In this document: positions 1 to 10,956 of the stretch, piece by piece | Layout of the letters: each line of letters begins with the position of its first letter | How positions within the stretch are numbered: position 1 is the first letter of the stretch | Assembly: GCA_028534125.1 (NCBI GenBank) | Contig: CM052821.1 | Location: forward strand, 56,358,001 to 56,422,000 | Length of the DNA: 64,000 nt | Reading direction: 5' to 3' | DNA from: Lama glama | Lineage: Eukaryota | The notes under the pieces: generated by a model | The model's input: only the letters and a program-made list of their open reading frames with translations | Databases searched by the model: none | Told to the model about the DNA's origin: nothing | Position numbers and translations under genes: made by a program

Positions 1-785
1 AAAATCAAATTCAGGGAATGGCCATTTCATCTTTTGACCAAAAATTATGTTTTCAACCGAAAGTGATCATAGCATCCTCTATTACCTAACTGTGAGCAGG
101 AAAGTCTGGGTCCACCAGCCTTTCATGTATGGCTGGGGAACAACTAAACTGCTACAGGTTTATGAGGGAATACTGGGGAGAACAAACATACACAATAAAT
201 ATCATTGTGTTCCATTGTATCATGGGTTAATCTTCACCCCATCATAGATAAGCATTGAATTGAATTAGCAGAAACAAGGAGCCATTAATCTGGATGTCAG
301 CGTATTTTGAAATACTTCTCTAAAATATTCCTCTTCTTAAAATACTTTCCTCTTCGTCACTCTATACTATTTTTGCAATTTTTAGTCTGTGCATACAACT
401 CAAGTATCCAGATTTATCCAACGTATGTTGCTGTGAAAACAAGACAAAAAGGAAGAAAATTGTAGCTCTCATATGGCTTGTTAACATAAAGATTTAATAT
501 AAGGTGTGCATTGTTGAGGCATAGCACATGTCAAAATAGGTGATGTCACACAAATGTATGACTTACCAAATGAGTCAGGCAGGATGAGCATGTGAATGAA
601 TCTAAGTAGACCGCCAGCATCCATCTAGGTGGGGCTGGGCTCCCATACACTGCACTGTCTGAGGCATCATTAATGATGTAGGGAAACCAGAGCACTGATG
701 AGACTTGGAGCTGGATGGTGGGGACAGGGAGTCCAGGGGACGATTCTCTCCTCTGTGTGCCTGTTTGACATGTTCGTTAATAAGA

Positions 786-905
786 CAGGGAGGGAGCAAA
801 GGAGGAAAGAAAGGAAGGAGGGAGGAGCAGGGGCAGGGAGGGAAGGAGGAATAGGGAGAGGAGGGGAAAGAAAGAAAAGGAAAGAGAGTGAGACAAAGAG
901 GGAAG
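786..905 (+). repeat. GA-rich (purine) low-complexity tract
   Basis: Run of gaggg/ggaa/gaaa units with almost no pyrimidines. Confidence 0.8.
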
Positions 906-2997
906 CATTACAGTCCCTACCAGGCCTTTAACCTCCGGCTGCCCCGCCGGCATCCACACTCAGCCCCACTGCAGGACACACTGAGAACAGGAACCTCACA
1001 AGCGCTGGCCCACGTCTCTAATGACCAGAACAGACTCATTCTGTTTAAGTGTATTAAAATGTAAGCATCCTGTTCTCCCCTGCATCCCCTGCACCGAGTA
1101 CCCTGCCAGGAAGAGTTATGAACCCACCAGTTCTTCTGCTGTGGTCAACCAGGAACAGGCATCGCTAGACCAGGAAGAGCCCAGGAACCGCCGGACCCAC
1201 GGCTCCAGCTCCAGAGTGGACGCTGCTGCTCACAAGGCCCACAGTCCCCAGGAGGGGGGGGGAGGCGTGTATCGCTCCAGGGTGGTGGCCCCCAGAAGGA
1301 GCCGGGAGTCAGCGGTCTGCAACTTCAGCCCAGAGACGAGTTGACTGAGATCCAGAAAGACAAGGTGGCCTCTCCAAGGTCAGCTCGTGGGCTGGATGAA
1401 GGATCAGCACCAACACAGCTGGACGGAAACCACTTTCATTCAGTTCGTCTCTCTGGGCACAGAGCACACACGGCTCTCCCGCTGTCCTGGCACTGGGCAC
1501 CCTTGGACAAGGGGGCAGGCAGCTGTACTTAGAACATGGTGTGGTCCAGCAGAGCTAAATTTAAAGGATGCCTTCAAAGCACTTTCCTGGTGGGAGAATA
1601 AACACAGACAGTGTGGGGACAGTTTTGCAGTGCCTCCAGCTGCCCCTGGGTCTGCAAATGGCCAGAGCTCCCACCAAGGCGACGAGTGTGAACTGACACC
1701 GAAGAGATGGTGAGGGTGTCCAGGGGCATCTTCTGGTGTAAGGGCCAGAAACTAGAAGTGGCTGGTGATGGCTAATCTCCTGTGTCCACTTCCCTGGACA
1801 GCAGGGAGCCCTGGGCTGAGACTCAGCAGGGCTCTGGGGTGGCGGCAGGCCTTGGGCTTCTGCTTTCTGGGCAGAGGAGCAGTTGTTCACAGACCCATGT
1901 CCTAAAATACTGTACACGAAAGAACTCGTTTAAATCAGACCCTACATTTGGTACCAGGGCTGCATCTATAACACATGATCTTATGGTGTGAACGAGGAAG
2001 GAGTCTCACCCAGCTTTGGTTTTTCTCCACAAGCATGTTGACCAGGGAAGGCTGAATTAAATCCATGCTTCTCTTCTGGACTTAGTGGAAACACAGGGGC
2101 ACCGGGCAGCCCTCTGATGGGCTGGGTGTCTTCCACTGGCCCCCTCGACGCACACTTCACCCTCTCCTAGCTGCAGAGGGTCCTCTGTGGGTGCTGCCCA
2201 TCGCACCCCTGCCCTCTGACGTCCAGCAGGGCTCAGCCGAGCACGGGCAGGGCAGGAAGTGAGGGAGGAGGAGGAGAGGCTTGGGGCCCCCCTGGGGTGC
2301 TGGGGTGATTGCTCTGCTTCCCCAAAGACCCTGCTCTGGGCTGGCACAGAGCCCAGCTAAGACCCCCCCCCCAGGTCTCAGGGGCCACTCCTTACAGCTT
2401 CAGCGTCCCTGGTCACATGCCCCAACTCCGCCGACGAGCAGCCCTTTATCAGACTCTGACCAACCCCCGCGTGCTGTGGCCCCAGGTTGCGCCCTTCTGC
2501 CCGGAGCTCACCTGTAAAGCCCCCAGGCTGGGGGGGGGCACCTGCTCAGTCTCGGCAGGGCGAGGGAGGCTGTTCCTTTTCTTTCTTCTTGTCTCAGTGA
2601 CTCCTGCTGTCGAGCCCTTCAACAGGCCCCTTCTCAAAAGTCTCACCAGAAGCCTCTTCCCTGGCAGCCTCTGGGCGGATTCACAGGGAAGCCCGTTAAT
2701 AAAAGCCGTTAATGGAATTCTCTGCATCACCAGAGAAGAGCCGCAGGGACATCCCAGTGGACGGCGGGGAAGCAGACGATGAAACTCCACACAAATTCCT
2801 GTTTAAAAATCACAGCCGGCGAGGACCCAGGGGGACGTCCTCCGTCTGACAGAGGCCGTGCTCCCAAAGTGCCCGGAGGAGACCACGTTCAGGAGCAAAA
2901 CCTCAGGGCCATTCCCCGTGCCAGGCCACCGCGGTCCCTGTGCCCCTCGCGGTCTTCTGGGATCCGTACAAACAAGAAAACCGGGGGTTAAAGACGG

Positions 2998-3190
2998 CTA
3001 AGCTTCTCCGCCACGTGCCCACGCGCTTGGCACGCGGTGCGCAGTGCGGTGACCTAACGACCTATGACCCAGGCGGGGTTAGGACCCCTCCACTCAGAAC
3101 TGAGGATCGGAGAGGGCCCAGCGCCTGGCGGGCGCACACAGGCACGGGAGCTGCACCGAGTCCCGAGCCCGGCGTGGCCTCATCGTGCTG
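2998..3190 (-). mobile_element. MIR SINE relic
   Basis: 'cagaactgaggatcggagagg...gcacacaggcacgggagctgcaccgagtcccgagcccggc' is collinear with the MIR core (gaaactgaggcacagagagg...cacacagctagtaagtggcagagccgggattcgaaccc); heavily GC-shifted. Confidence 0.55.
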
Positions 3191-3499
3191 CCCTGTCAGC
3201 AGCCAGCAGACGCAGGCGTAAACGCACATCAGAAAGGAGAGCGCTTATTGGAAACAACGTGTTTAGTCGCCTGGACATTTAATTGGAAAATGACCAGCAG
3301 AAGGAGGGCCCGGCACTCTGCAGCAACACGTGCCATCGGGAGCTCTGCTCCGGCACAAGCACTTCGCGCTCGCAGTCGCCTTGTGCGCTGGGACTGTCTA
3401 GCAGGCTTAAGTGTGCATCAGCAGACGCAGAGGAAGTAGCAAGAGGTCCGCACAGAAGGGCCTGGCCCTGCGCACGGTGACGCCAAGGAAGGCAGGGAG

Positions 3500-3845
3500 G
3501 GGCGTGGACTGAGGGCCCGCACCAGCCCCCAAATTCACAGGCTGCAGCCCTGTGCTCTGAGGGGGTGGGGTCCGGAGGCAGGCGTTCGCTGATGGCTGGG
3601 CTTCGGTGAGGTCGTCAGGGTGGGGCCCCTGGCGGGACTAGAGCCCTTCTGTGCGGAGGAAGGGACGCCCGACCCCCACCCCGTGAGGACGCAGGGAGGA
3701 GGTGGCCGTCTGCAGCAGGAGGACGATGCTCTCCAGACGCTGGACCTGCCGGCACCCCGATCTTGGGCGTCCAGCCTCCAGACTGTGAAATGAACGTCTG
3801 GTTTAAACCGCAGTCTGTGGTCAGAGCCCCCGAGCGGGCCGACGC
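3500..3845 (+). mobile_element. MaLR solo LTR (MLT1A/B-like)
   Basis: Collinear hallmark blocks: 'tggactga', 'cccccaaattca', 'gtgaggacgcagggaggaggtggccgtctgca', 'cctgccggcaccccgatcttgggcgtccagcctccagactgtga', 'cagtctgtggtc'. Confidence 0.85.
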
Positions 3846-6212
3846 GCGGTGGGCTGACGGTGAGCGCGGTCCCCTTCTGGGGATAAGCCCCCCGCTGTCA
3901 GGCTGTCCCACCAGGGTCCCAGAAGGCTGGACCTCTGTGTCCCCCGAGGGCCAGGACCCGGAGCAAAGCCGGAGCTCGGCGAGGGTCCAGCGAGGGCAGG
4001 AGGGGAGGGGCTGGACCCTGGGCCCGAGAGGGATCCTCCTGGAGCTTAACGTGTTGACCTGAAACGCCGCCCGGAAGGGAAAACAGGCGCAGCAGTGCCG
4101 GTGCCACAGAGAGGAGGGGCCCCAGAGCGCCAGCACAGAGCAAACAACAGCCCCCAACGCCCGAGCTGGTCAACGACAGCGAGGCGGCGTCACAGACAGC
4201 GTGGCCGTGCCGCGGGCGGCGGGTCTGAGAGCCCGGACCCTCCAGCTTCGGGACAGCACGTCCCGGACAGAGAGGGAGAAACGCCAAGTAGGTCGTGCCG
4301 GTGGGCTTGAACAGAATCTGCGGGAACCTGCGCTTTGTTTTGGTTGAGTTTCTAACACGTGAGGAAACGCACACTCCCAAGTTGGCGCATCTGCCCCTCC
4401 CCCGACACTTGTCCCCCGTCCCCTTCCACCCCCGGGTCCAGCCGAAGAGGTGGGACGCTCCCCCGGCCCAGCCCCCACCCCCAGAGGGGTCCTTCCTCCG
4501 CCTGGGGTGGGGAGCTGGTTGCACCCCCCGCTGGGTCTCAGGGCTTCTGGCTGTTTCCATCCCCGAGCCCCGCCAGGCGTCCGCAGGAGGAACGTGGAGC
4601 AGCCGCGCGGGGAGCTGTAAGCCAGACGCTTTGCGCTGCGCCAGCATCCCGCCTGGCTCCCGAGGTGGCAGACACGCTGCTCCTTCCACACGCCCCGCAC
4701 ACATTCCCACAGCTGACGGCTCTGAAGGGAAGCCGTGCGATCGTTCTGTAGTAAAGATTCACACGTTTTCAAGATTTCCAACAAGTTGTGAGCCAAGAGC
4801 TGTTTCTCTTCAGTTAGCCAACCTGCAGCCACACGGGGTCCAAACGCCGCACTTCCCCGGCGCGGTCGGCCCTGGGGCTTCCGGGCCGGCAGGACGGAGG
4901 GCACTGAGGCAGGAGGGAGCGCCGGCTTCCGGCAGCCGTAACAGAGCTTGCTCATCGCGGGGCACAGCCCCGGGTCGGCCCCGAGCTCCTGCCCCCTGGG
5001 TCGGGGTGGCCCGTATCTACTTCCTGGCACAGCTGGAGAAGACTTCCTTGAACTCTTTTTAATTATTTTCCAGAAATGATCCATTTTCCATGAAAATGTG
5101 CATAGAGTTTATCTCATTCCTGGAAGTCATTACTACTTTGTCATGAAAAATTCCCGGTGCCCTGGAGCACAGGGGGATCAAATTAGCCTCGACGCTCATC
5201 ACAGAGCAAAGGGCGATTTGGCCGCGGTTCTCGGACACAAGTCTTTGATCCATCGTCTTGTTCTCCACCACGGGCGAGGTCTGCTTTTCAGAGCCTGGGG
5301 CCCGCCGGCTGCCCTCTGAAAGGTCTGAAGTCACAGAGGGCCCTGCGGCTGCAGCGGCTATGCCCGGGAAGGCCCCCCACCCCTCAGCCTTGGAGCCGCG
5401 GGGCTGCCAAGGGAGGGAGGCCCCGTTGCCGGTCCCGATGCGCCGAAGCAACGCTGCCCGTCTGTTCAGCTCCCAGGTCTGCGTGCAAAGGTGCTGCTTC
5501 ATGCACCCAGGGAACAGGTACTGAGCGTTTGCCTGGCTCTCAGCGCTGCGAGACAGCAGGGCTCTGCTCTCCTGCTCCGCGCCAACACCCTGCAACTATT
5601 TTAAATGTCGCTTAAAAATACTCAGTGCTCTCACATACATTCCGCAGTTAATCAGCACAGCCCCACATCCTTGATAACGCAGTGGAAGGGTCCGTGGTCA
5701 CTCAGCCCGCCTTCCAGGCTGTGTGTTGTGTGTCCCGCGGCTGAAGACGGTGGAAGCCAAGCCTCCTCTTAGCCAGGACCCTTCTTCCGAGTCACCTCGG
5801 GGGATGCAAAAAGGAATCATTGCAAAAACAGCTTTTCACCTCCATTAACAACTCACTCTATAAAGACAGTGTCAGGCTTAATCAGGACCTGAAGGTGTGG
5901 GTGTTAAGTCAAATGCACAGGAAATCTCTCTGAATTCCCAGACGCCGCGCAGGGGGAGCACGCTGGCCCAGGAAACGGCAAAGCGCACGGTGACGTTTAC
6001 AAGAATTGATGACAGGCCCCGGACACCGAGCCCGATTTCCTGCCGCCAGTTACACCAGCCGCCGGCGAGTCCCCAGGGCCCGGCCTCCGGCTTCAGCCCC
6101 TCGGCCGGCAGCCTGCTGTGACGTGGCGGGAAGCAGACCGCCGCTCAGGTGTCCACACTGTCTTGCTGGTGGCACTTTGGACTTGGAAGAGTTCTTATGT
6201 GAAAGCTGGCGC

Positions 6213-7260
6213 CTTCATTCTTTCATTCATTCATTCACTCTGCTCGGGGCTCCGATGTTTCCCAGATGCTCTTCCGTGTGCAGGGCCCTCAGCACACACC
6301 CAGCCGAGTCATCACCCCACCATCTTGCTGAGGAGACACAGACACGAAGCAGATTTTAAAAAATAAAATGTGCCAGAAAGCGATCGGGGATTGAAGGATG
6401 ACGGGGCGGGCAGCAGAGAGCAGCGGTGTGCGGTTTTATAGCTGCGGACCCAGGAGGGCCTCTCGGAGGAGGCAGCATTTAGACAGAGGCTGCAAGGAAG
6501 TGAGAACAGGGAAGGAGCAAAGGGCGGTTTGGAGGACGGCCGGGAGGGAGCCCCAGGCAGACCCTGCGGGTCTCACTGGCAGGAAGCCCTTCAGGGCAGC
6601 TGTGGAGGGGTGGCACGGGCTCTGGTTAGGAGCCCCCGGGGCGGCCACACTGCAAACAGGGGGCAGAGGTGCAAGTGGACGTGGGAGACCAGCCAGGAGG
6701 CTGCACGCAGCGATGGGGACGTGAGCCGTGGGGAAGGGCGATCTCATATGAGGGCTTGAGCCCAGGGGTATCCAGGGGAGACCCTGCTGGATTCCTGACC
6801 AATCAGCTGTGGGCACAGAGGACTCCAGGGGTCCCTCCTGGCTTTGCAGGGAGTGGAGAGAGTCATGCCTGCAGCTCATTGGACCCGACAGATACAGTGA
6901 TGGATAGAAAATGTCGTTTGTGAAAATGGAAAAGGCTGGGGAGGGCAGCTTTAATTAGAAGAGCGCACAGTGCTCAGATGTGCACACGCTAAGCTCCAGG
7001 TGCCTCCTGGACATCCTGGTGGACTGACGAGCAGACGTGGTCCAGAGTCGGGGAGAGGAGCGGGGGCTGGAGAGGGACCTCAGGCCCCCACTGACCCCGG
7101 TTCCCCATCTGTGAGACGGAGGAGAGGCCGCTCTCCCATGGAGCAGGCCTGCCCCCCAGCGCCCCAAGGGAAGGGCGAGAGCTCCAGGGGACAGGAGGAC
7201 GCGGCGCAGGAGGCCTGGCAGGCACCTGCCCACGGCCCTGCGGTCTGTGCGACTCCGCTG
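6213..7260 (-). mobile_element. LINE-2 (L2) 3' relic
   Basis: Tail (ttca)n at about 6213-6237, then 'ggcctctcggaggaggcagcattt' and 'aggtgcctcctggacatcctggtgga...ggagaggagcgggggctggag', which are typical L2 blocks. Confidence 0.7.
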
Positions 7261-7605
7261 GGAAGGTGAGCGTGAGGCCGGCCGCCAGGCGTCGGTCTGT
7301 CTGGCCAGAAGAAGTTGCATCAACCTCGGCGTGTTTTCGGATTTAGCTTGTCGCGCAATTACGAGCTAATGTGGGTTGACGAGCCAGAAAATAACGTTAT
7401 TTTTATTATTTTTATTTTAAAGACCAAGTCCTACACTCTCACCCTCACCACTTGCCACCAGGTGCGGGTCTCTCGCCTCGTGGCTGGCGGTGGCGCTCCT
7501 CCTGACTGCCAGCTTTCCCGCGTCCTGGGACATGGCCCAGAAGAAAGGCCGCCCAAGTGCCACGCAGTTAGCCTCTGGTCCTTTGTCTCTTTCTTTCCTG
7601 TTGTG

Positions 7606-7710
7606 TTTTTTTTTTTTTTTAATTTTTTTCTCCCTCAAGGAGGCACTGGGGGTTGAGCCCAGGACCTCGGGCATGCTAAGCCCGCGCTCTCCCAGGGCTC
7701 TCCCTCCCCC
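7606..7710 (-). mobile_element. Camelid tRNA-Ala-derived SINE (Vic-1-like)
   Basis: Reverse complement reads GGGGGAGGGAGAGCCCTGGGAGAGCGCGGGCTTAGCATGCCCGAGGTCCTGGGCTCAACCCCCAGTGCCTCC plus a poly(A) tail. It has a tRNA-Ala(AGC) anticodon arm (GCTTAGCATGC) and decayed A/B boxes. Degenerate TSD ctttgtctctttct (7581-7594) / ctctgtctccttct (7710-7723). Confidence 0.9.
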
Positions 7711-8034
7711 TCTGTCTCCTTCTGACCCAGATAGCGACCTCGACCCTGAAGACACGGAGAAGCTTAAAAAGGGCTGTAAATTCCCAGCAGCCTTGCGCCC
7801 CCACCCCCACCCCGGAATCACCTTCGTTCACTCTGTCCCTTTTCTCTGGGGCCAGCGGCCTTCCCAGACCAGAGCTGCCCTGGCGGGAGCCGCCCTCCCA
7901 GTGCCCCCAGCCTCCGTGCTGGTCTTTGGAGCAGGAAGTGGAATTACTCCCCTGTGCATCGGGCCACCTCTGGGGGACAAGTCCCCTCGTTTTCTCCTGT
8001 CACCTCAGGGTGATGAGGGCCAAGTTCTGTCCTT

Positions 8035-8464
8035 TGTGGACTCGGAATGTCACCTGCCTTTGTCAGCAAAAAAGGATGCTGCGGCCATCAAGCCATTAGC
8101 CACTGCAGCTGCCCCGGATGGCGGCCCCTGAGGGGACGCAGGGTGAGAAAGCACAGGGCAGTTGCCCTGGAGCGCTCAGTGCAGATCAGAGGGGTGATTT
8201 CAACGAGCCCAGACCTCTGCACCTTCCCGCACAGAGCAAAAGGCTAAACTCCTTAACTTGGGGTGTCTGGTTTCCTTTAACTGACAGTCATCTTTTGATG
8301 TTCCGACTAGCTGTTCTCTGTTACAAAAACTCCTGTGTACCCTGGCTCCTCCCTTACCTCTTGGCACCAAGCAATCTGAGAGGCTGCCTCCGTGGCGCGA
8401 GTCCTCAGAAAGTCCTCCAGTGAAACAGAACTCAACGTCTAGGCTGTGCATTTTCCAGTCGACA
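8035..8464 (+). mobile_element. ERV1-class solo LTR (laurasiatherian MER41-like)
   Basis: TG...CA termini (tgtgga...cagtcgaca). Internal blocks 'ggccatcaagccattagccactgcagc' and 'atctgagaggctgcctcc...gtcctcagaaagtcc' resemble cetartiodactyl ERV1 LTRs. Confidence 0.7.
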
Positions 8465-8554
8465 CCCCACACCCTCGCTCCAGGGCACTTTGCCTCCTGC
8501 CAGGTGAGGCACTCCTGCCCGACGCGTCCAGTCTCGTCTGCATCCATCATTCCA

Positions 8555-8680
8555 CCAGCGTCCTCCCTGCGTCACAGACGAGAAAACTGAGGTCCAAACT
8601 GGTGATGCCACTGACTTGACGGGACAGAGCCGTGCAGGGCAAGGGCGGGAGGAAGTCCAGATCCCTGGGGAGCAGTGCCG
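8555..8680 (-). mobile_element. MIR relic
   Basis: 'cacagacgagaaaactgaggtcc' is the MIR core motif (acagatgaggaaactgagg). Confidence 0.6.
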
Positions 8681-8807
8681 TTAGCCGCTTCCCTGGCAGA
8701 GCTCTCCTGGGCCCAGGCGCCCCACCGTGGCCGCGGCAGACCTTAGAGGCTTGGAGCGCAGGGGCTCGGGAATCCGAAGACGGGTCTTCTTGGTCACTAG
8801 GGCTGCT

Positions 8808-9010
8808 TATTTTTAATTAAAATTTTTATTGTAAGATAAACGTAGATTCACAGGTAGTTGTAAGAAGTTACACAGAGAGGTCCACACCCTTTCCTGGCGC
8901 CCGCAGTCCTCACGCCCGGCAGAGCTGTGGTGACTCCCAGCCAGCGGGCTGCCACCCGCACGGTTGAGGCAGAGAACGTTCCGTCCCCACGTTCACTCCA
9001 TCCTCCCCAC
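8808..9010 (-). mobile_element. L1 3' end (L1MC-like)
   Basis: 'tttttattgtaagataaacgtagattcacaggtagttgtaagaagttacacagagaggtcc' matches the antisense L1MC 3' terminus. Confidence 0.8.
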
Positions 9011-9967
9011 GTCTGCGGTTTATAATTTTATCATCTCTGTCTTGGTCTAGGACCTGGGGAGACAGGACTGTGTTTAAATGGACCCCTGGGGCATAACCGT
9101 CCAGGAATGTTTTCCAGGAAGGCCCCCAGGGCTCCAAGTAAGGCCTGGGGGGTGGAAGAAACCTATCAATTGTTTAAAACCCTGACGACTTTCGTGGGAT
9201 GTTTGCTGAGGAGGCGGGTGAGCAGATCAGGATTTACCGCAGTGGCTCCCGTGACTAGCGGAGGTGGGCGGGGCTCACTGTCTGTATTTACAGCCAATGG
9301 CCTCATCGGTCTGATGCGACGTTTTTCGTTGTCTCCTTTTCCCCTTCTGTCTACAGCATCTCTGGCTGTCCTTGTCCGTGAGCCGAGCGCCGGGGCGGGC
9401 CGTGGGCTGCCGGGTGGGCGGGGCTGCGAGGTACCTGGGCTCCTGGTCCCTCCCTCGCTTTTCCCTGCAGCTCTTCCACAACACCCCGCCAAGCGCGGCC
9501 CTTCAGGAAGAGAGTCTCTTTCCCGCTCTGACTTCTGCTTCTGAGTCAGGTCTCGGGTTCCGGGCTGAAATTCACTGGCAGGTGAGGAGAGGGCGCCGTG
9601 GGATGGCACCTTCTTCCCCTCCCGGACCCCGTCGCCCACGCACCCGTGCCCTGAGCACCTGTGGCTCTGTCTGCCCTCGGCGGCCCTGGGCTCCCGGCAG
9701 TGTGTGTGGGGTGTGACTTATGTTTGGGGCTTTCTCCCTTGACACTCAGGTTTATTATGGAAAGGAGGTGCCTGTTCATTCTCTTCTGCATCAGCCCAGT
9801 TTTTTCCACCCAGGATTTAACATCCGAGGTTCTGGCCGACATGCGTTCAAGTTCACGTAGGCCAGGAACCCTGTGTTGCAGGCACCTGAACGGTTCTAGT
9901 GTCCTGTTATCCCCTGAATGGTTCCTGGGCTATTCGGGGCTTAGGGGAGCCCTTAATTGCAGCTCTT

Positions 9968-10053
9968 GTGCCAGTCAGGACTCTCCAGGGAGACAGAACC
10001 AGTCAACCAGCAGGCCAGAGGGAGAGGTGATGACAGATAGATAGATAGACAGG

Positions 10054-10084
<31 letters not shown>

Positions 10085-10365
10085 GTACTTGCTGGTCACC
10101 AGGGATCGGCTCACACAGCTATGGAGGCCAAGAGGCCCTACGACCCGTCACCTGGAAGCTGAAGGCCCAGGGAGCTGGCGGTGCGACTCAGTCTGAGTGC
10201 GGAGGCCTGAGCCCGGGGGAGCCCCGGTGTAAAGCCCCTCCGTCAGGTGAAGGTAAGATGCCGCAGCTCAGCCGAGGGGCCAGCTCCTCCCTCCCCGGCT
10301 GTCGTTCTGTTTGGGCCCCAGACGTGAGCCCCCTGCGTGGGGACAACATCTCGTTGCTCAGCCTC
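9968..10365 (-). mobile_element. ERVL LTR MLT2B-like, left part (interrupted)
   Basis: 'tgtgccagtcaggactctccagggagacagaacca...ggatcggctcacacagctatggaggc...gaagctgaaggcccagggagctggcggtgcgactcagtctgagtgcggaggcctgag' is collinear with MLT2B. Confidence 0.85.
10035..10084 (+). repeat. (AGAT)n tetranucleotide microsatellite inside MLT2
   Basis: agatagatagatagac aggt (agat)n, about 12 units with interruptions. Confidence 0.95.
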
Positions 10366-10854
10366 CAACACAGGAAATGGGGCGCGAGAGGACGGTGAGT
10401 CCCTGGGACGCGCCCCTGCCCGAGTGAGGGCCCTTGGCTTTGGGCAGGAAAGCATTCAAGAGCGAGCCACGGGGTAGCGAACGTAGATGTATTCAGAGAG
10501 GCGCACACGCCGCAGACAGAGCGCAGCCGTCTCGGCGGGGAGGGCGGCCGCGAGGCGTGGGGGCTAGTTTTAAGGGTTCAGTTATTTCATAAGCTACACG
10601 TGGGGGGGTCATGCCAACCAGTCGGGGGAGGGGCGGGGACTCCCTGGACTGGGCCGCTGCCCACCTCTTGCCCATTCACGGTCGGCTCGGGACAGCTGCG
10701 GCTCCCATGGGAGTGTCATTCGCGGCGTTAACACGTCACAGTGAGCGCACAGTGAAGGTCAAGGTCGACTGGCACTGACTCTTCCGCCATCTTGGTGCTC
10801 ATGTCTGTGCTGTTCCTTGAACGGCTGGTCCCTGCCCACTTCCCTTCGGTCTCA
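10366..10854 (-). mobile_element. ERV1-class solo LTR (LTR39/MER39-like) nested in MLT2B
   Basis: Blocks 'ttggctttgggcaggaaagcattcaagagcgagcca' and 'ttccgccatcttgg'; ends in 'tctca'. The MLT2 sequence resumes immediately afterwards. Confidence 0.7.
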
Positions 10855-10956
10855 CCCTGACCCTAAGCTCATCCAGAGACACGTCAGACTCACGGAGAAG
10901 CGACCCAGGCCAAGCGCCCTGCGGCCCGACAGGGTGACACATGAAGGAAAACCCCA
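10855..10956 (-). mobile_element. MLT2B-like LTR, right part
   Basis: 'ctaagctcatccagagacacgtcagactcac...gcccgacagggtgacacatgaagg' corresponds to the MLT2 end (ctaatctcatccagaaacaccctcacagacac...gcccagtcaagttgacacataaaattaacc). Confidence 0.75.

Noticed and set aside
4170-5084. 304-aa minus-strand ORF with a protein-like stretch EEKQLLAHNLLEILKTCESLLQND
   Set aside because: Overlapped by similarly long ORFs in other frames and strands, no convincing splice sites around the stretch, and no family recognised; expected in stop-poor GC-rich DNA.
7606-7710. Possible tRNA-Ala gene
   Set aside because: Poly(A) tail, TSD and degraded A/B boxes and stems show it is a tRNA-derived SINE, not a functional tRNA.
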